DNA of 64,000 nucleotides from Azolla caroliniana. Its lineage: Eukaryota > Plantae > Polypodiophyta. Location: positions 17,050,001 to 17,114,000 of the forward strand of contig JBHGNT010000003.1 in NCBI GenBank assembly GCA_043228905.1, read 5' to 3'. A program made the translations under genes and the position numbers. Shown here piece after piece: positions 1 through 12,120 of this stretch (position 1 is the first letter of the stretch; every line of letters starts with the position of its first letter). The notes under the pieces are model-generated. The model saw only the letters and a program-made list of their open reading frames with translations. It searched no databases and was not told the origin of the DNA.

Positions 1-2
1 TA

Positions 3-37
<35 letters not shown>

Positions 38-236
38 AAGAGAAAGATTTCTGTTTATGTCTTTCTTCATACGAAATTCTTAAAACTAAGAAACAAATGA
101 GAAGTATTATATAATTATACCCATACATACATATACATATACACAATGCATACATATGTACTTACATGTAATATAACATAAATGGAGAGAGAGAGAGAGA
201 GAGAGAGGTGAAGAGAGAAATTGATTAGTGTATTAC

Positions 237-422
237 CTCTGATTGACCATGTGCGGCAGCATAATGCAATGGAGAGAGTCGGACATGGCTGCAAGAAACA
301 GTGGCATTAATCAGCTTGGGCTTGTGGGTGAGGATAGCCATGGCATGATGTAAGTCACCTTCCTGGATTGTAGAGAACAACTCATTCTCTGATTTATGGA
401 CATAGCTCATACATATACCCAT
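237..422 (-). CDS. First coding exon of an XB3/XBAT-like ankyrin-repeat protein (probable ankyrin-RING E3 ligase); gene continues off the left edge
   Basis: MGICMS...ELFSTIQEGDL...LSPLHYAAAHGQSE is an ankyrin repeat like the XB3/XBAT31 N-terminus. The exon ends at GAG|GTAATA (237/236) after exactly 62 codons. The RING domain is not in the window. Confidence 0.8.
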
Positions 423-461
423 GCTTGTATATATGTGGCTTGAACAAACTCATGTACCATA

Positions 462-497
<36 letters not shown>

Positions 498-1318
498 TGT
501 ATCAACTAACGCTCATTTCATGTTATTATATCCCTCGAAGAATCATCATCATTTGTATATCATCTGACTGACGATCCAACAAAGCTTAATTCATCTTCTT
601 CACCACCGACAAACGCATATAATCCATCACATATGTGGAACTCAAAAAGAGCAGGTTTTCTTTCTTCAGAGGTTTGTTTTTTAGTTCGTTTGTTGATCAA
701 TCCCCTGGAAAACATTCTTGATAGCTTTTCGGAACTACAAAACGAAAGGAAGATTGAAGAACGAGTCAAAGGGAAGAACACAAAAAGAGAAACACTTCTG
801 TTGCCAATTTTAGCAGTGGAGAGCGATTATTCCTCTAAAAAAAAATAGACGTTTTTTATAGAGTAATGAAATCATTATGAATCATATTCAAAGCCTCAGA
901 TGTTAGTTAACCTTTCTTCTTGGAAGAAAGGAAGAAAGCCAGAATTTCATGAGCGTTTCCAAGAACCCAAAGAATGATTTTGTCTTTAATCTGCTATAGA
1001 ACAACCGGTTTAATCCTCTTAATATCCGATTAGTACAGATAGTGGGTTCTAAAAAATCCTGCATGGAATAACCGATAATCCCTGTTGATACCGGTTAATG
1101 CAGGTGGCGGATTCATTAATATCCAGTGAATCGAATGGTGGGTTGTTTGGCATCAGGGCAATCCAGCTGATGGGTTTTCTTAACAACCGGTTAATCCACA
1201 ATTATAGAAAGTCGGCTGGATTTAAGTAACCGGTTAATCCAGAGGGCGAGTTCCTAACAAGCGGCTAATCTGGAGAGAATGGAGAACTTTTGCTAACAGA
1301 AGATGGATCCATAGCAAT

Positions 1319-1424
1319 GGCATCTTAATCCAGATACATGACGCCGATTAGTAAGGCCTGTTAATTCCTGGCATCTTAATCCAGATAGATGACGCCTGAT
1401 TAGTAAGGCCTGTTAATTCCTGGC
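1319..1424. repeat. ~52 bp tandem duplication
   Basis: GGCATCTTAATCCAGATA(C/G)ATGACGCC..GATTAGTAAGGCCTGTTAATTCCT occurs twice, head to tail. Confidence 0.9.
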
Positions 1425-1649
1425 GATATAGATATCGCCTCATTAACAAACAGCCTTTCTTTCCATAATTTAACCCCCTTTTTTCTCATTTCACGTGAAG
1501 CCTCTCTGTTCTTCTTCTTCTTCTTCCTTCTTCTTTTCCCTTTCACACGAACTTCAGGCAGGCAGGCAGGCAGGCAGGCAAAGGCACCATGAAAATACAT
1601 GCCACCGTATATACGGATACATATACATGCACCGTATATATACGGATAT

Positions 1650-1691
1650 ACATACATACATACATACATACATACATACATACATACATAA
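1650..1691. repeat. (TACA)n microsatellite; the same class occurs at ~470-500, 5887-5940, 16098-16155, 23500-23563 and 57398-57470
   Basis: Directly visible. Confidence 0.95.
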
Positions 1692-2389
1692 CCATGTATA
1701 TATGTACATCCCCGAAGGGGCTGTCTTTCCCCTAATATCAAGAAAATGCCCCGCCCGCCCTATTCATCTCATCGGAGAGGACAACTCAACACACGGGAAC
1801 GTTCTAAATACATGAGAGATAAGATAGATAGGCAGATTCTATTTATTATTGTCTTCGGAGGCCAAATGCGACCAAAAGTATTACCACATTTCATGTAATA
1901 TATTTGAAAGTGAATAAAGAGAGAAAGGTTGTGACGGTGATGAAAGTGTTGCCTCACGGTCTCAACCCCCCTTGGGGTTCCCAAGCTTTCTCTTTGCTAA
2001 TAATAAGTTCAGAAAACCACTAGAGAGGAGGGGTTCTTTAGATCTTGTGGTCGTTCCCAAGTCCAAGCTTGTGAAAGAAAACCCACCAATAGAGTAGTTG
2101 TCTATACTCGTTAATTGTCTTTGTATGTGTGATTCTCGCGCCAACATCCCCTCCTATGGCTTATTTAGGGTATTATGATTTCAATCCGGGGATTATGGTT
2201 CGTGATAGTGAGCTTTTCCCGACTCCAACACTGCTAAGTTGTGCTTTTCAGTGTATTGTTTCCATTTTCTATGAGCCAGACAAAATCTTTCAATTTTAAA
2301 CTTCTTATTGATCTTATTTATCACCCCAACTTTTCTAATCTCATGCCCTTATCCTAAATCTTTTGTAGGAGGACGACGATCTTGAAAAC

Positions 2390-2392
<3 letters not shown>

Positions 2393-2435
<43 letters not shown>
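2393..2435. repeat. (CT)n microsatellite
   Basis: Directly visible. Confidence 0.95.
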
Positions 2436-2438
<3 letters not shown>

Positions 2439-5400
2439 CGTAATTAGCTTACCCTAGTGGTAAGTTGTTTACACTTTTGGCACTACATATCATGTTCAAA
2501 ACCTAAATTTCTCACCTCTCTATTACTCCATAGATATCTCTTAATTCGCTAGATGCCACTATGGAATGTAGGGGTTGAACCCATTACCACCTGGTCTCTC
2601 TCTCTCTCTCTCTTCTCTGGTTAAGATTGTGATACCTTACCGGTCACAATGGTTTTAATACATTTCTTTATGTTACATCCATTCCCAATCTATGATTGGC
2701 ACATGTTTTTCTAAGACATTTGCGACATTTAACAATAACTAAATAAAAACGTATTCAACTTTGGGTGGCTATCACGATGCTTCAAGGGAGCATGCCATTG
2801 TATTCTAAAATTATAATGCACCTATATGATTATGTTCATATTCCAAATCATCTTTGAATACATGCTCAAGGCATTTGGCAACATATTATTTTTGTTGCTC
2901 ATTGTTGAACTACCACTTTCCCCCTTGACAATTGTATGGAAACTTTTGATCATTGACCATGTGTGAACTTTATTTTATGTCAGGGTGTAAGTAGTCTAAT
3001 GAGATTTATAGACATTGAGTTTACACCTTGAGTTCAAACTCATTTTTGTTAATTGATCATAGGGTGTGGTGTAAACCTAACCCAATTCTTACAAACATAC
3101 CTTGTGTATGTAGAACTTTAACGATGGTGAAATTATAGAGTGCCCTACTCTAAAATTGAAAAAAAGAGTTTTCTTGATGGCCCTAACAAGCATCCCAAAA
3201 TACTTCTAACCAAGAATGGACTAATTTTATTTTATTTTATCCAAAAAATATCCTTTCATTAGTTATAAACCGTTGTTACAAGATTGTTGACCAAGAATGG
3301 ATTAATTATGTTTCAAGTTATCACGTTAGGGCAATAAACCATATTCAAATTAGTCACCATATTATTGAATTCGATAAATTAGAAATGACAAATGATTTAT
3401 TCATGACTTTAGTGAAGTGATTGTCTTATGCATAACCAAACATAAATCAAATGTGTCGTGTGTGTGCACCCACATGCATGCATGTATGTATATTTGTATA
3501 TGCATATGTGCGTGTAGCTAGGTATGCATGTGTGTAGGTAAGAGTGCAAGTAAGGTGTTGCGTAAGGGATTACATGTGTGTGTAATATACTATTACAAAC
3601 ATAAAAATGTAGGTACACATAATACACCTTGGGCAAATCACATTGTTCACGCTTTCAATATTATAACAACAAAGATGTTGATTGCATGTACATCATCAAA
3701 GAAAATATAATAAATTAAGAAACGGTTAAGCTTCATCATTATCCATTACAATTTTGAACTCTCTACTTTGTGGTAAATAATGACGTGAAAGGGAACCCGT
3801 TGCAAATGTGTCGAAGTCCTATTATGTATATATAGTATATAGTTTGATACACATCCAACTTTTCATGAATGAAATTGTTTTGTACTCAAAGTTAATTGCA
3901 AATTGAAAGAACCATGTGACAAAATTCAACTACAAAATTATCCACCAATGATTTCAGGGTTAATAGGACACTATTTTGATGATTACAAAATACCATTGAG
4001 AGAATGAAAGCTTAGTGTTAGGAAATATTTCATTCAGAATGGGAAGAAGGATCGCATAGTGGTGATTGTTATCATCCATGCATGTACGAGACTCATTAAT
4101 GTTAAGCAATAAATTTAAGAAGAAAATAAGGAAGAACGGGTGCTAGACTACTAGACCAACCATTAACAAAGATGGGAGATGGATATGAGTACCCCATCGG
4201 CATCATACTACCAAACATGAACATGGATCATACAATGGGTTTAAAGGAGGAAAGTGTGTGTATATAGCTAGAGCTTTGGTAGAATGATAGTGTCCAAGTA
4301 GTAACTCTCGTCCATTTCTGGAGTAGTTAACCTTTGTTTATAGGCACAAATCCTACCTACTGATTTGTCTATTCACACTCGACCATTTCATCATTCGAAG
4401 AGGTCAAGTAACGAAATTCTAGTTAGAAATGATCTTTTATCATAGGTTTGAGAATAACTCAATCCTTACCTGTCATTCCTTATGAAGTAACACACAACTT
4501 GTAATCTTAAGGTTAGAGAAATGTAGTTGTGGTCAAGCTCATAATAATGCCAATCAATATTGGAAAAATATGTAAATGACCTATAGAGATAAATTATAAA
4601 GAAGCCAAGCCCCAACTTCAAAGCCTGGTAAAGACACGTTATAGGTATGATCAATAATGAATCAAAGAAAACTTGGATGAATGAAAACAACAACACTAGG
4701 GACTTGCAAGAAATTAAAATATTATGAGATATTCCTCCTTGACTTTGCCCAAAGGTTCCCAACAACCATAAATAGGGCAAGATAATATAAGACGATCCAA
4801 GAACAAAGTCATGCCTATGTATATAAGTACAATAAGCACCTCTCGAACCAAAGAATATTGTAAATTGAACAAGTCATCAAAATTCGGAGCACCTTTGCAT
4901 ATTATTGCAAAAGTTAGAGTAGGTACATGGATCTATAAACAACATATGGTAGCATATCATCCGTCATATATGTGTTATTAACAGAAAATCTCCATGCCTC
5001 GTGGCATCCTTATAGTATGCATATAAGGAGTTTAGCAATATAAGGAATACACCCTTCAAATGTTTAGCCACATAGGGAATACACCCTAAGGAGTTGCATA
5101 CATTTGGAAGCATTGAACAAGGAGATGGAAATACATGCAAAGGCATCAATTTGCATAAGAAGTCAGGTGGCAAATATTGTAAATCCACGCATCCATGCAA
5201 TATTCTTCGTTCCCACCCACAACATCCCACGCAAGATGGAGGAGAGATTCTCAAAAGGGATTGGGGAGTAACACATATATACCTTGGAAATGCATTTTCA
5301 TGAGTTTAAAAGAGAGATTTGAGCGTATAACAATGCTTTCATATTATGATGTCCCCGCCCTTCATAGGTTCCTTAAATCGATCACTTTATTATGGTGTCA

Positions 5401-5911
5401 CCAAACATCTCTTTTCCTAATTTCAATGTCATGACTTCTATTCATTTACTATTTGCTCTACTTCTCCTCAAAAATTCCTTGAAGTTTTTTTCTTACTTTA
5501 TATTTAGCCTAAGTTCCAAGCTTTCATTAAAACTCGTAGAATCCCAAATAATTCATATGGACATATTTGTTGCCACCATGTTGGGGTTCATCCTCCCAAT
5601 AAAGACCATTTGCAGTGAACATCATCATTCTCAATATTGATTCAATATTAATGAGTGCAGTTGCACTGTGGCGCCATGTCACCCCACCTCTTTGACACCA
5701 GGCTGCAATATCTTGCATGTGCATATGTTCACATGATAATGTTATCACATTTAGGTGACTCCTGAAGCCGAAATCAAAGTAAGGCGAGAAGCTTTGGTCT
5801 TATGTAACAAGATGCTAGATGTGGGTGATTCGAAAGGCATGCTTGAGGTGTTTTTGTGATGTGTTAATGGGCGGAAAGCATTGGGTATACATACATACAT
5901 ACATACATACA

Positions 5912-5943
<32 letters not shown>

Positions 5944-6061
5944 ATATACATATAGATAATATGCATACACACATGCATGCATGCATACATACATTAATGT
6001 GTCTATTAGCTTCCAAATCATAAATAGGCACAAATGGTGCATGTCGCTCAATTGATGGCGC

Positions 6062-6524
6062 TAACAATCGACAACGGTTTGGTTTGGTTTGAGAGGGTCC
6101 AAATCGAACCGTTTAAATTTTTTGAAACCTAAACCGAACTACGAAACCGTTAAACATTTTTCAATCCGTTAAACCATTAAACCATAAAAACCGCGGTTTC
6201 GTGATTCGATTTTGGTTTTCAACTTAGGTCGAATTTTAATTTTAAAATTTATAATATTTCATTTTTTAAAATTTTTAAAATTTAAAGATGTTCCTAAAAT
6301 GTGAGAATAAGGTCTAAAAATGAAAAGATTGTTTAAAATCAATTTTTAAAATTTAAAAAAAAAAAAAAAAAAACTATTAAACCGTTTAAACCGTGGTTTT
6401 TGACTATTGAAACCGAACCATTAAAAAAAACCTAAACCTAAACCGAATCAAACTGAGCCGTTAAGTCGTTAAGCCGTGATTTCGCGGTTCAGTTCGGTTC
6501 AAACCGAACCGTTGCCGATTGTTA
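6062..6524. mobile_element. hAT-type MITE, copy 1, nested in the MULE left TIR
   Basis: TIR TAACAATCG(G/A)CAACGGTT(C/T)GGTT at both ends. 8 bp TSD GATGGCGC/GATGACAC (6/8). AT-rich core with AAACCG repeats. Confidence 0.9.
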
Positions 6525-6589
6525 GATGACACGTGTGATCTACATCGTCCGATTTTAGGATAAAAAAAACGTGCAATAAAAAAAGTTGG

Positions 6590-6800
6590 TAGAGGTCACC
6601 CAACCTACTACCTATTGTGGATGCCGAACCTACACATTGTTGTCGCCCAACCTATTTTAATTGTGGTTGCCAAACCGATGTGTGGTCGCCCAACCGACAT
6701 GTGGTTGCCCAACCCATTAAGTGTTGTGGGCGTCCAACCAAACAACTCATGTCGCCCAACCACATGTAGCACTGGTCAAGTTTGCTTGCCCAACCGACAT
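6590..6800 (+). repeat. Subterminal array of GT(C/T)GCCCAACC motifs; inverted copies at 15900-15955
   Basis: About 9 degenerate copies visible; GGTTGGGCGACC copies occur at the right end. Confidence 0.85.
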
Positions 6801-7039
6801 GTATAAAACCCTGAAACCTGTCATTTTCTCGCATTTTTTCAAATGAGATTGTCAGGGTTTTTTGTCAGGAAAGGATTTCAGGCAGTCAGTCATCAATTAC
6901 GTCCATTCGCCACATCTACCATCGCCACCCATTTACTTCCCAAGTATTTATTGTACTTGTTTCTACTTTTTCTACAAATTTTTCTTGGTGTAAATCATAT
7001 TTTTCATGTCGAGGGTTTTATGTGATCACTTGATTTCAA

Positions 7040-7540
7040 AAAATGTTTAGGGTTTGGCTTAATTATTGATTATTTAGGGCATAGTATGAACCATACGTAC
7101 ATTTAAATTCGTGAACGTTTCAATCATTCGAGTATGGTAAATACCATACTTTTGGATTAACTATTTATTAAGAGGTAAATAAACCTAAAAAAAGGAAAAA
7201 AAAACAAAGAAAAACCTAAAAAAAGGTGAAAAAAACAAAAAACAAAAACACAAGAATGTTTGAATAACATGCATTTGTTTTCCAACATACGAAAACGAAT
7301 GTTATGCTAGACGAACACGAATTTTACGTACTATGATTTAGGGTTTTGGTTGATTTATGATTAACTGTTTTGGTGTAAATCATATTTTTCATGTCGAGGG
7401 TTTAGGACTCGGGAAAATGTTTAGGGTTTTGTTGATTATTGATTTCCGAAAATGTTCTAGGGTTTTGTTGATTATTGATTTCAGAAAATGTTCTAGGGTT
7501 TTGCTTGATTATTGATTATTTAGGGTTTTGCTTGATTAGA
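7040..7540. repeat. Degenerate minisatellite with telomere-like TTTAGGGTTT units; continues at 9070-9420 after the LINE
   Basis: Units such as TTGATTATTGATTTCAGAAAATGTT(T/C)TAGGGTTTT repeat on both sides of the LINE. Confidence 0.85.
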
Positions 7541-9056
7541 GATAATATTGGGTGGAATGTTAGGAAAAAGAACTAGGTTGAAATGGGCTGATTTTGATAG
7601 AGGAGAAGTTGGATTGGTAAGGAATTGGCTGTATTTTTCTTCTTCGTCGATTGAAAACAAAACCCAGATTTGTCGCACAATTTGGGGTGGAAACATTATG
7701 TATACAGAAATCGATAGAGTGTTTATGATGCGTTCCTTTCAGCCTTCTCAAAGTGGTCTATTTTGGTATGGTATGTTTTCATCTTTATATGTCTTGTTGG
7801 GGGTCAGAGCTTATAAAAACTCTCATGACTGTCTATATTTTGATATTTTGCGGTCTAGACGGCTTCATTCTATCGTTATGGAAGACGAAGTTGTATCTCA
7901 AGGGAGTATGTTGCATGTTCGTATATTGTGGAAAAAGGATAAAAAATGGATGTTGAATCCACACCCAAATGATATAAACAATTTATCTTAATTGTGGGTC
8001 TACGAGAATAAGCCTATTGACAAACTTTTGTGGGATCCCAATGAATGGAAATGGCAAAGCATATTACCACAAGGAATGCTAGGCAAGCAAATCCCATTTT
8101 TTCAGTACTCGGTAAAAATGGGTAGAGAATTGCTAAGGAGGCGCGTGGTTGTTACGCCAGCAACACGTAAATTTTGGAACTTGGGTAATGTACGACACTC
8201 TTGGTTAAATGCTTATTGGAAATGACTATGGACCATGGAAATTCCTAGAAAAGTTGTATTGTTTAGATGGTTGTTGGTACATTATGGCACCCCTGTGAAG
8301 TCATGGATGAAGGGGCATTGCCATGATTTAAAATGTGACAATTATGATTTGCCCAATGGAACAGTGCACCATGTTTTATGGGTATGTCCTATAGCTAGAG
8401 CAATATGGAAAAGAGTGTTGAGAATTTTGTATCCTATTTATGGTAAACAAGTGTACACATGGGGTTTTGTGAGATGGGGAAGGTTGGCTGACGAAATACA
8501 TAATTATGAAAGGGACTGTGTTGATTTTCTTCTCCTCTTTCATGGAAGACAAGTGTTGGAGGCCTCTTATGCTACACCAATCCATTGTTTGGAAGAAGAC
8601 AAGGTTTGGTCTACTATATCTTCTTTAGTAGTTTGGATGTTATGGAAGGCAAGATGTAAGTGTGTATTTTAGAATGTCAAATTGAATGTGGTTGAGTTAG
8701 TCAAGGAGATATGGTTGATGCTCCTGCATACTCTAAGAGGTCAATATGAAGCAATACATGGTGAGCCTAATGTTGTGTTTTGCAAGCAACAACAATTTCG
8801 CGAAATTTGGAAAAAGGCAGAGGTCTTCACCTATTTTGGGGACAGAATAAAATGGAGATACGCTCCACCAAGATGGCTTTTTCCGCCCCCTGTCTTGAAA
8901 AGACCTTGCATGAGGGTTTCCACTACTACACATGTTGATTCGTGTGGGTGGGAGGGTTGTAATAGATTGTATGGATACTTTGTAGCCTTTGGGCATCTTT
9001 TCATTAATACCACGGTGAATCTTGATTTTTTTATATTTAAAAAAAAAAACAAAAAA
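7540..9056 (+). mobile_element. 5'-truncated LINE (L1-type), ORF2 C-terminal part with poly(A) tail
   Basis: Stop-interrupted ORFs 7548-8960 include a zf-RVT-like block KVVLFRWLLVH...KCDN...TVHHVLWVCPIARAIW and VWMLWKARCKCVF. A-rich tail at 9039-9056. Candidate TSD TATTGGGTG at 7546-7554 and 9058-9066. Confidence 0.85.
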
Positions 9057-9435
9057 CTATTGGGTGTGCGTGAGTATTGATTTCAGAAAATGTTTGATTT
9101 TATATTTACGATTTTGCTTGATTTCTATATGTTTTCTTTTGCTTGAATTAGGGTTTATTCTGAAATCATACTTTTCATGTCAAGGGTTTAGGGTTTGGGA
9201 AAATGTTTAGGGTTTTGCTTGATCACTTGATTTCAGAAAATGTTTAGGGTTTGGCTTGATTATTGATTATTTAGGGTTTTGGTTTATTTATGATTAATTG
9301 TTTTGGTGTAAATCATATTTTTCAAGTCGAGGGTTTAGGGTTCAGGAAAATGTTTAGGGTTTTACTTGATTATTGATCGTGTAGGGTTTAGTTTTTTGCT
9401 TGATTTAGGAGTTTTGCTTTTGCTTGATCGTGTAG

Positions 9436-10282
9436 ATGGCTGCTAGGTCCAAGTACAAAGAGTGGTGGGATTCTGATAAGGGTGACATATATCCAACTAA
9501 AGGGAGGTATGTCATGAACCAATTTTGATTGCTAGTGGTAATGATATGTGATGCATGTATGCTAACCGATGATTTGTTAAAGGGTTTTCGTAACTTAGAA
9601 GACATTGGAGAAGTTGTGCATCCAACATGTTTGAGGGTGGAGAGAGGTTGGACTAGGCACTGGTGGTTTCTCGTCCTCGGATTGACCCCATACAGGACAT
9701 GGCATCATTTAGGGAAAATGCTCCTCCAAATGGTATATGGATTTGGTCTCATTGTATTATCTTAATCTTCTTGTAACAAATGGTCTGGCCTATCTAACGC
9801 ATACTCAAACAACAGATTGTGAGTTCCCAAACTCGTTGTATAGGATTGAAAGAGATGCACATGGGAACAAGCCTCATGCATGTATTGTGGTTGAGTATTG
9901 CCGCCTCTTGCCAAGGTGGTATCAGGAAAAATGCGACATGGAAACACACTTACACGGGGCACATGCAATTGACATAGTTATGCCATGAAGGAGGAGGATA
10001 ACGAAGGAGGAGGGTACTCCGGGGGCATGCTTCAATCACTATGAGCGCTAGAGATCGCTCAAGTGTTTCATGAACCCCGAAATCAAGTACCACGGAAATA
10101 GGCAATCATACATCCAAAATTTGAAGGTTAGGTCCGTTTCGAGGTTCAACTCCACTCCAATTGAACTCCGACTTGACACCGAGGCAGGGTTCGCGGCGAG
10201 ATTTATGGAGCACAAGATGGCCATCAACGACTCCAGAAAGGATGAACGGATGGAGATGTTGAAGAAGAAGATTGCATCCTGA
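9436..10282 (+). pseudogene. Disrupted MULE cargo ORF of unknown family; may be spliced to the downstream Ulp1 domain
   Basis: ATG at 9436 (MAARSKYKEWWDSDKG..) followed by GT..AG intron-like breaks; ORFs 9737-9988 and 10070-10282 are in frame and separated by two stops. Confidence 0.5.
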
Positions 10283-10789
10283 TTGGATTCTTATGTAAGT
10301 ATGAGCCTGTCATGCTTTTTTAGTGTCGGAGGGTTAAATCTTTGGATTCAAATAATAACATGTGTCTATTTGATGTGAAACAATGTAAAAAGGTGGGGAT
10401 ATCCACCGAAGAGGATGGCATGTCAACTGATACACCAAAGGCACAAAACCCATCCGATGTGTCCACGCCACCTAGACGGAGACGACTGAAAATGCAAGTT
10501 AGACGGAAGGAGGTCGACTCAAACACAAACGTTGTCCCATTAACATTAGATTTAGATGAGGCAACGCCTATTGTGGCCATAGTAAAAATTGGAAGTGCCA
10601 AGACCACCAGATCGTGGATCCAAACACCGGCCAAACTATTTGTCAGGTTTAGGATTTGTGTTTTACAATTTGTATATTATAGTGATTTAAGTGTGGCTCG
10701 ATTCATGATGCATGTATCTTTTTTTGACATAGGTACTAGTTGACCAATGGAAGGCTCGATCTCGCCATTCACGTTGCGTAGTCAGAGCT

Positions 10790-11339
10790 TCAGACGATAT
10801 GCAAGGATGGAGAAATGGCATCCACATGAACCATGACATTATTCACCATGTGGATGGAGTACCCCTTGCCCCATGAGGTGCCAGAACGGTTCACTGTAGT
10901 CGACCCACTTTGGGTGTAGTTACACAAACAAACGACGAATGTGCAAGACATCCTCAGATGTGTGGCCGAGCGTGATTTCATCGTCATTCTGATTGGGGTA
11001 TCGGGCCATTATGTGTTTTGGACAAAGATGCAACAAAAAGTTTATGAGTTGATTAGCATAGTAGTCTTTTATGATCCATTGAACAACGAGGTGACCAACA
11101 CCGTGCGGAGTCTTGCAGATATCGCGATTCAAACAATTGTTAGTGCAACGGAAGACCACACCATTGTGTTGGAGGGTCAACAGCACGTAATGCACATCCC
11201 AACTCAGAAAAATGGTTGGGATTGTGGCTTTTACGTGATGAAGACTATACAGATTTTGGTCAAGGAGTTTTTACTAGGATGGATATCTCCGGATTTTGTA
11301 AGTGTGATTGCAAATGTATGCCTCATGTGGATTGGATAA
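10790..11339 (+). pseudogene. Ulp1/C48 SUMO-protease domain carried by the MULE
   Basis: Catalytic motifs in order: SGHY (His), FYDPL (Asp), PTQKNGWDCGFYVM (Gln, Cys). In-frame stops upstream. Confidence 0.85.
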
Positions 11340-11489
11340 GTCTTGTTCTTATACATATTTGGTGACAAGGCACAGATATGCGGTTCACCAAATATGATGT
11401 GGATTCCCTTCAGATTCAGGTCACAGGGTGGGCACGAAGGGTATTGGGATTTCCAGTTGCGTAGGGTGGGCACATTTTGAAAATTTTGT

Positions 11490-12120
11490 ATAGCTATCAA
11501 ATTTTGTGAAATTTTGTATATGGTGGATATTGTAAATATGGTATTATATTTTGTATGCGGTGGATATTGTAAATATGGTCTTATATTTTGTATACGGTGA
11601 ATCTTGTAAATATGGTCTTTTTTTTCTTCAAAGATTTTCCTCATTAGTATTAAGAGAAAACATGTGAATGCTACAACTTAAGCTTGTGTGCCCAAAAGCT
11701 TACAATTTTCATGTACAATGATATACGATAATCTTGTAAATATGGTCTTATATTTTGTATACGACGGATATTGTAATTATGGTCAACTTTTTGTATACGG
11801 AGGATTTCTATATGGCGAAAATGCCACTCATTGTATATCGATTAGCCTTATTAATGGATTAGCTATGAAAAAGATTGATTCAAAAAAAGTTGTTTATCTC
11901 AAGTGTTGGTTCCCTAAAAGTTTGATTCAGAAAATGTTGTTGTTAATCTCAAATGTTGGTTCCCCAAAAGGTTGATTTAGAAATGTTGTTTATTCAAGTG
12001 TTGGGTCCCAATAAGTTTGATTAAGAAAATGTTGTTGTTTATTTCAAGTGTTGGTTCCCAAAACAATTTATTCGGAATTTAATGTGGTTGTATACAAAAG
12101 TGTTGGTTCCCAAAATGTTG
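11490..12120. repeat. Two adjacent minisatellites inside the MULE
   Basis: ~33 bp unit TTGTAAATATGGTCTTATATTTTGTATACG at ~11490-11810, and ~45 bp unit AAGTGTTGGTTCCC..AA..TTGATT..GAAAATGTTG at ~11890-12120. Confidence 0.85.

Noticed and set aside
1400-1815. ORFs with YVCM/IHTY repeats (also at 5751-6067, 15984-16272, 23196-23725 and 57206-57664)
   Set aside because: Translations of (TACA)n microsatellites.
2000-2156. PPT-like AGGAGGGGA followed by TGTTGG on the minus strand
   Set aside because: No matching LTR end, TSD or coding remnant could be identified.
3780-5300. Possible ancient LINE relic on the plus strand
   Set aside because: Motif echoes are too faint to support without a profile search.
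7040-9420. Interstitial telomere or chromosome-fusion site
   Set aside because: TTTAGGG occurs singly within longer units inside a transposon, not as (TTTAGGG)n.
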